This document shows, one piece after another, positions 49,247-50,436 of a DNA stretch of 50,436 nt. The position numbers and the translations under genes were made by a program. Each line of letters opens with the position of its first letter. Position 1 is the first letter of the stretch. Location of the stretch: assembly GCA_938041275.1 (NCBI GenBank), contig CALISH010000055.1, positions 1 through 50,436 of the forward strand, read 5' to 3'. The notes below the pieces were generated by a model. It searched no databases. It worked only from the letters and a program-made list of their open reading frames with translations, and was not told where the DNA came from. The DNA is from an uncultured Solobacterium sp. (GTDB taxonomy: Bacteria; Bacillota_I; Bacilli_A; Erysipelotrichales; Erysipelotrichaceae).

Positions 49247-50329
49247 ATGAATCAGATTGAATTAATTAATGTAAGAAAAGATTATACGACTAAAACTTTA
49301 GGTACAGTCACAGCGGTGAATAACTTCAACCTAACAATCAAGAAGGGAGAATGTTTCTCATTCTTAGGTCCTTCTGGATGTGGAAAGACAACAACTTTAC
49401 GTATGCTTGCAGGTTTTGAAGATTTAAGTGAAGGTGAAATTCGTTTAGAGGGTAAGGTTGTATCTAACAAGGCGAAGAACTTATACGTTCCACCTGAACA
49501 CCGTAACTTAGGAATGGTGTTCCAGGCATTTGCAGTATGGCCACACTTAAACGTATTTGATAACGTTGCCTTCCCATTACAGGTTCAAAAGCGTCCAAAG
49601 GCAGAGATTGAAGAACGTGTAAATCTTGCGCTTAAGCAGACAAACTTATTAGACCAAGCAAAGGTATTCCCATCTGATTTATCTGGTGGTGAGCAGCAGA
49701 GAATTGCGTTAGCACGTTCTATTGTTGTTAACCCAGGTATCTTATTATTAGATGAACCTTTATCTAACCTTGATCCAAAGCTAAGAGAGAGTATGCGTTT
49801 TGAAATCAAGCGTCTACAAAAGGAATACAACTTCACTATCGTGTTCGTAACACATGACCAATCAGAAGCCTTAGCGTTATCTGATCGTCTACTTGTTATG
49901 AACAAGGGTGAAATCATCCAAATTGGAACTCCACAAGAACTCTATAACAAGCCAGTAAGCTTATTCGTACATAACTTCTTAGGTGAATCAAACTTTACAA
50001 AGGTTGAATATAGAGATGGTAAGGTGTATGCCGAAGGTGATACAACACAACCATTACCATGTACAATTCAACACATGGATAAGGCTGTAAAGCTTGCGAC
50101 AAGACCAAGTGAGATTGAAATCAATCATGAGTCTGGTATCAAGACAAAGATTACAAAGCGTATTATCTTATCTGAATATACAGAATACTATGTAAGTTTA
50201 GGTACACAGGAATTAAAGATTCAGGCACCACACCATCAAGTATTGGCAGTGGGTGATGAATGTTATATCCGTCTAGTAAATCCTGTATATTATGATGCGG
50301 AAGAACGTAATTTAACACACGCTGAATAA
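49247..50329 (+). CDS. ABC transporter ATP-binding protein (PotA/FbpC-like) 2
   Basis: GPSGCGKTT, VFQAFAVWPH, LSGGEQQRIALAR, LDEPLSNLD, THDQ. Confidence 0.93.
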   Translation: MNQIELINVRKDYTTKTLGTVTAVNNFNLTIKKGECFSFLGPSGCGKTTTLRMLAGFEDLSEGEIRLEGKVVSNKAKNLYVPPEHRNLGMVFQAFAVWPHLNVFDNVAFPLQVQKRPKAEIEERVNLALKQTNLLDQAKVFPSDLSGGEQQRIALARSIVVNPGILLLDEPLSNLDPKLRESMRFEIKRLQKEYNFTIVFVTHDQSEALALSDRLLVMNKGEIIQIGTPQELYNKPVSLFVHNFLGESNFTKVEYRDGKVYAEGDTTQPLPCTIQHMDKAVKLATRPSEIEINHESGIKTKITKRIILSEYTEYYVSLGTQELKIQAPHHQVLAVGDECYIRLVNPVYYDAEERNLTHAE

Positions 50330-50346
50330 ACAAAAAAGGAGTGATT

Positions 50347-50436
50347 TGAAGTGAACCCAATTTCTTGGACACTGTAATTTAGGCGCTCCAAAATTAGATG
50401 GGGTGTTGAAAAAACGATTGTAAAGAAGGATGGGGC
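50347..50436. mobile_element. Probable IS3-family (IS150-like) terminal inverted repeat, truncated by the window end
   Basis: TGAAGTGAACCCAATTTCTTGGACAC resembles Firmicute IS3/IS150 ends (5'-TG, TGAACTGCACCCC...GACA type). No transposase is visible in the window. Confidence 0.5.

Overview
A low-GC Firmicute chromosomal segment, probably Erysipelotrichaceae (Solobacterium/Bulleidia-like; an inference from gene content and style). In order it holds: the 3' end of a sortase-anchored Cna-B repeat adhesin; a ~10 kb two-operon Lac/Cel-family PTS locus around a PRD activator, carrying a glycosylasparaginase, a PepV-like peptidase, a DUF871/MupG-like hydrolase, a Sec-less GrdB-like protein, CutC, YitT and RDD (likely N-glycopeptide/GlcNAc-Asn salvage); an AT-rich mcrBC type IV restriction cassette bracketed by two diverged copies of one 44-bp hairpin; an AEC transporter plus HgdH-like D-2-hydroxyacid dehydrogenase; mgtA; housekeeping genes (DUF349, MATE, ECF-S, nrdI-like, pyrR, msrB, class I aldolase); a cell-envelope block (MBOAT-ACP-SGNH, L,D-transpeptidase, D-Asp ligase, Asp racemase, MurE with an atypical specificity motif); tRNA-Thr(CGT); a GltD-like flavoprotein lacking the Fe-S domain; an NSS transporter; a ScrA-like PTS; and a membrane-anchored AraC regulator divergent from an Fe3+/AfuABC-like ABC operon with two ATPases. 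The window ends in a probable IS3-family terminus. I saw no CRISPR array, rRNA or integrase. All protein calls come from recognising motifs by eye, not from database searches.
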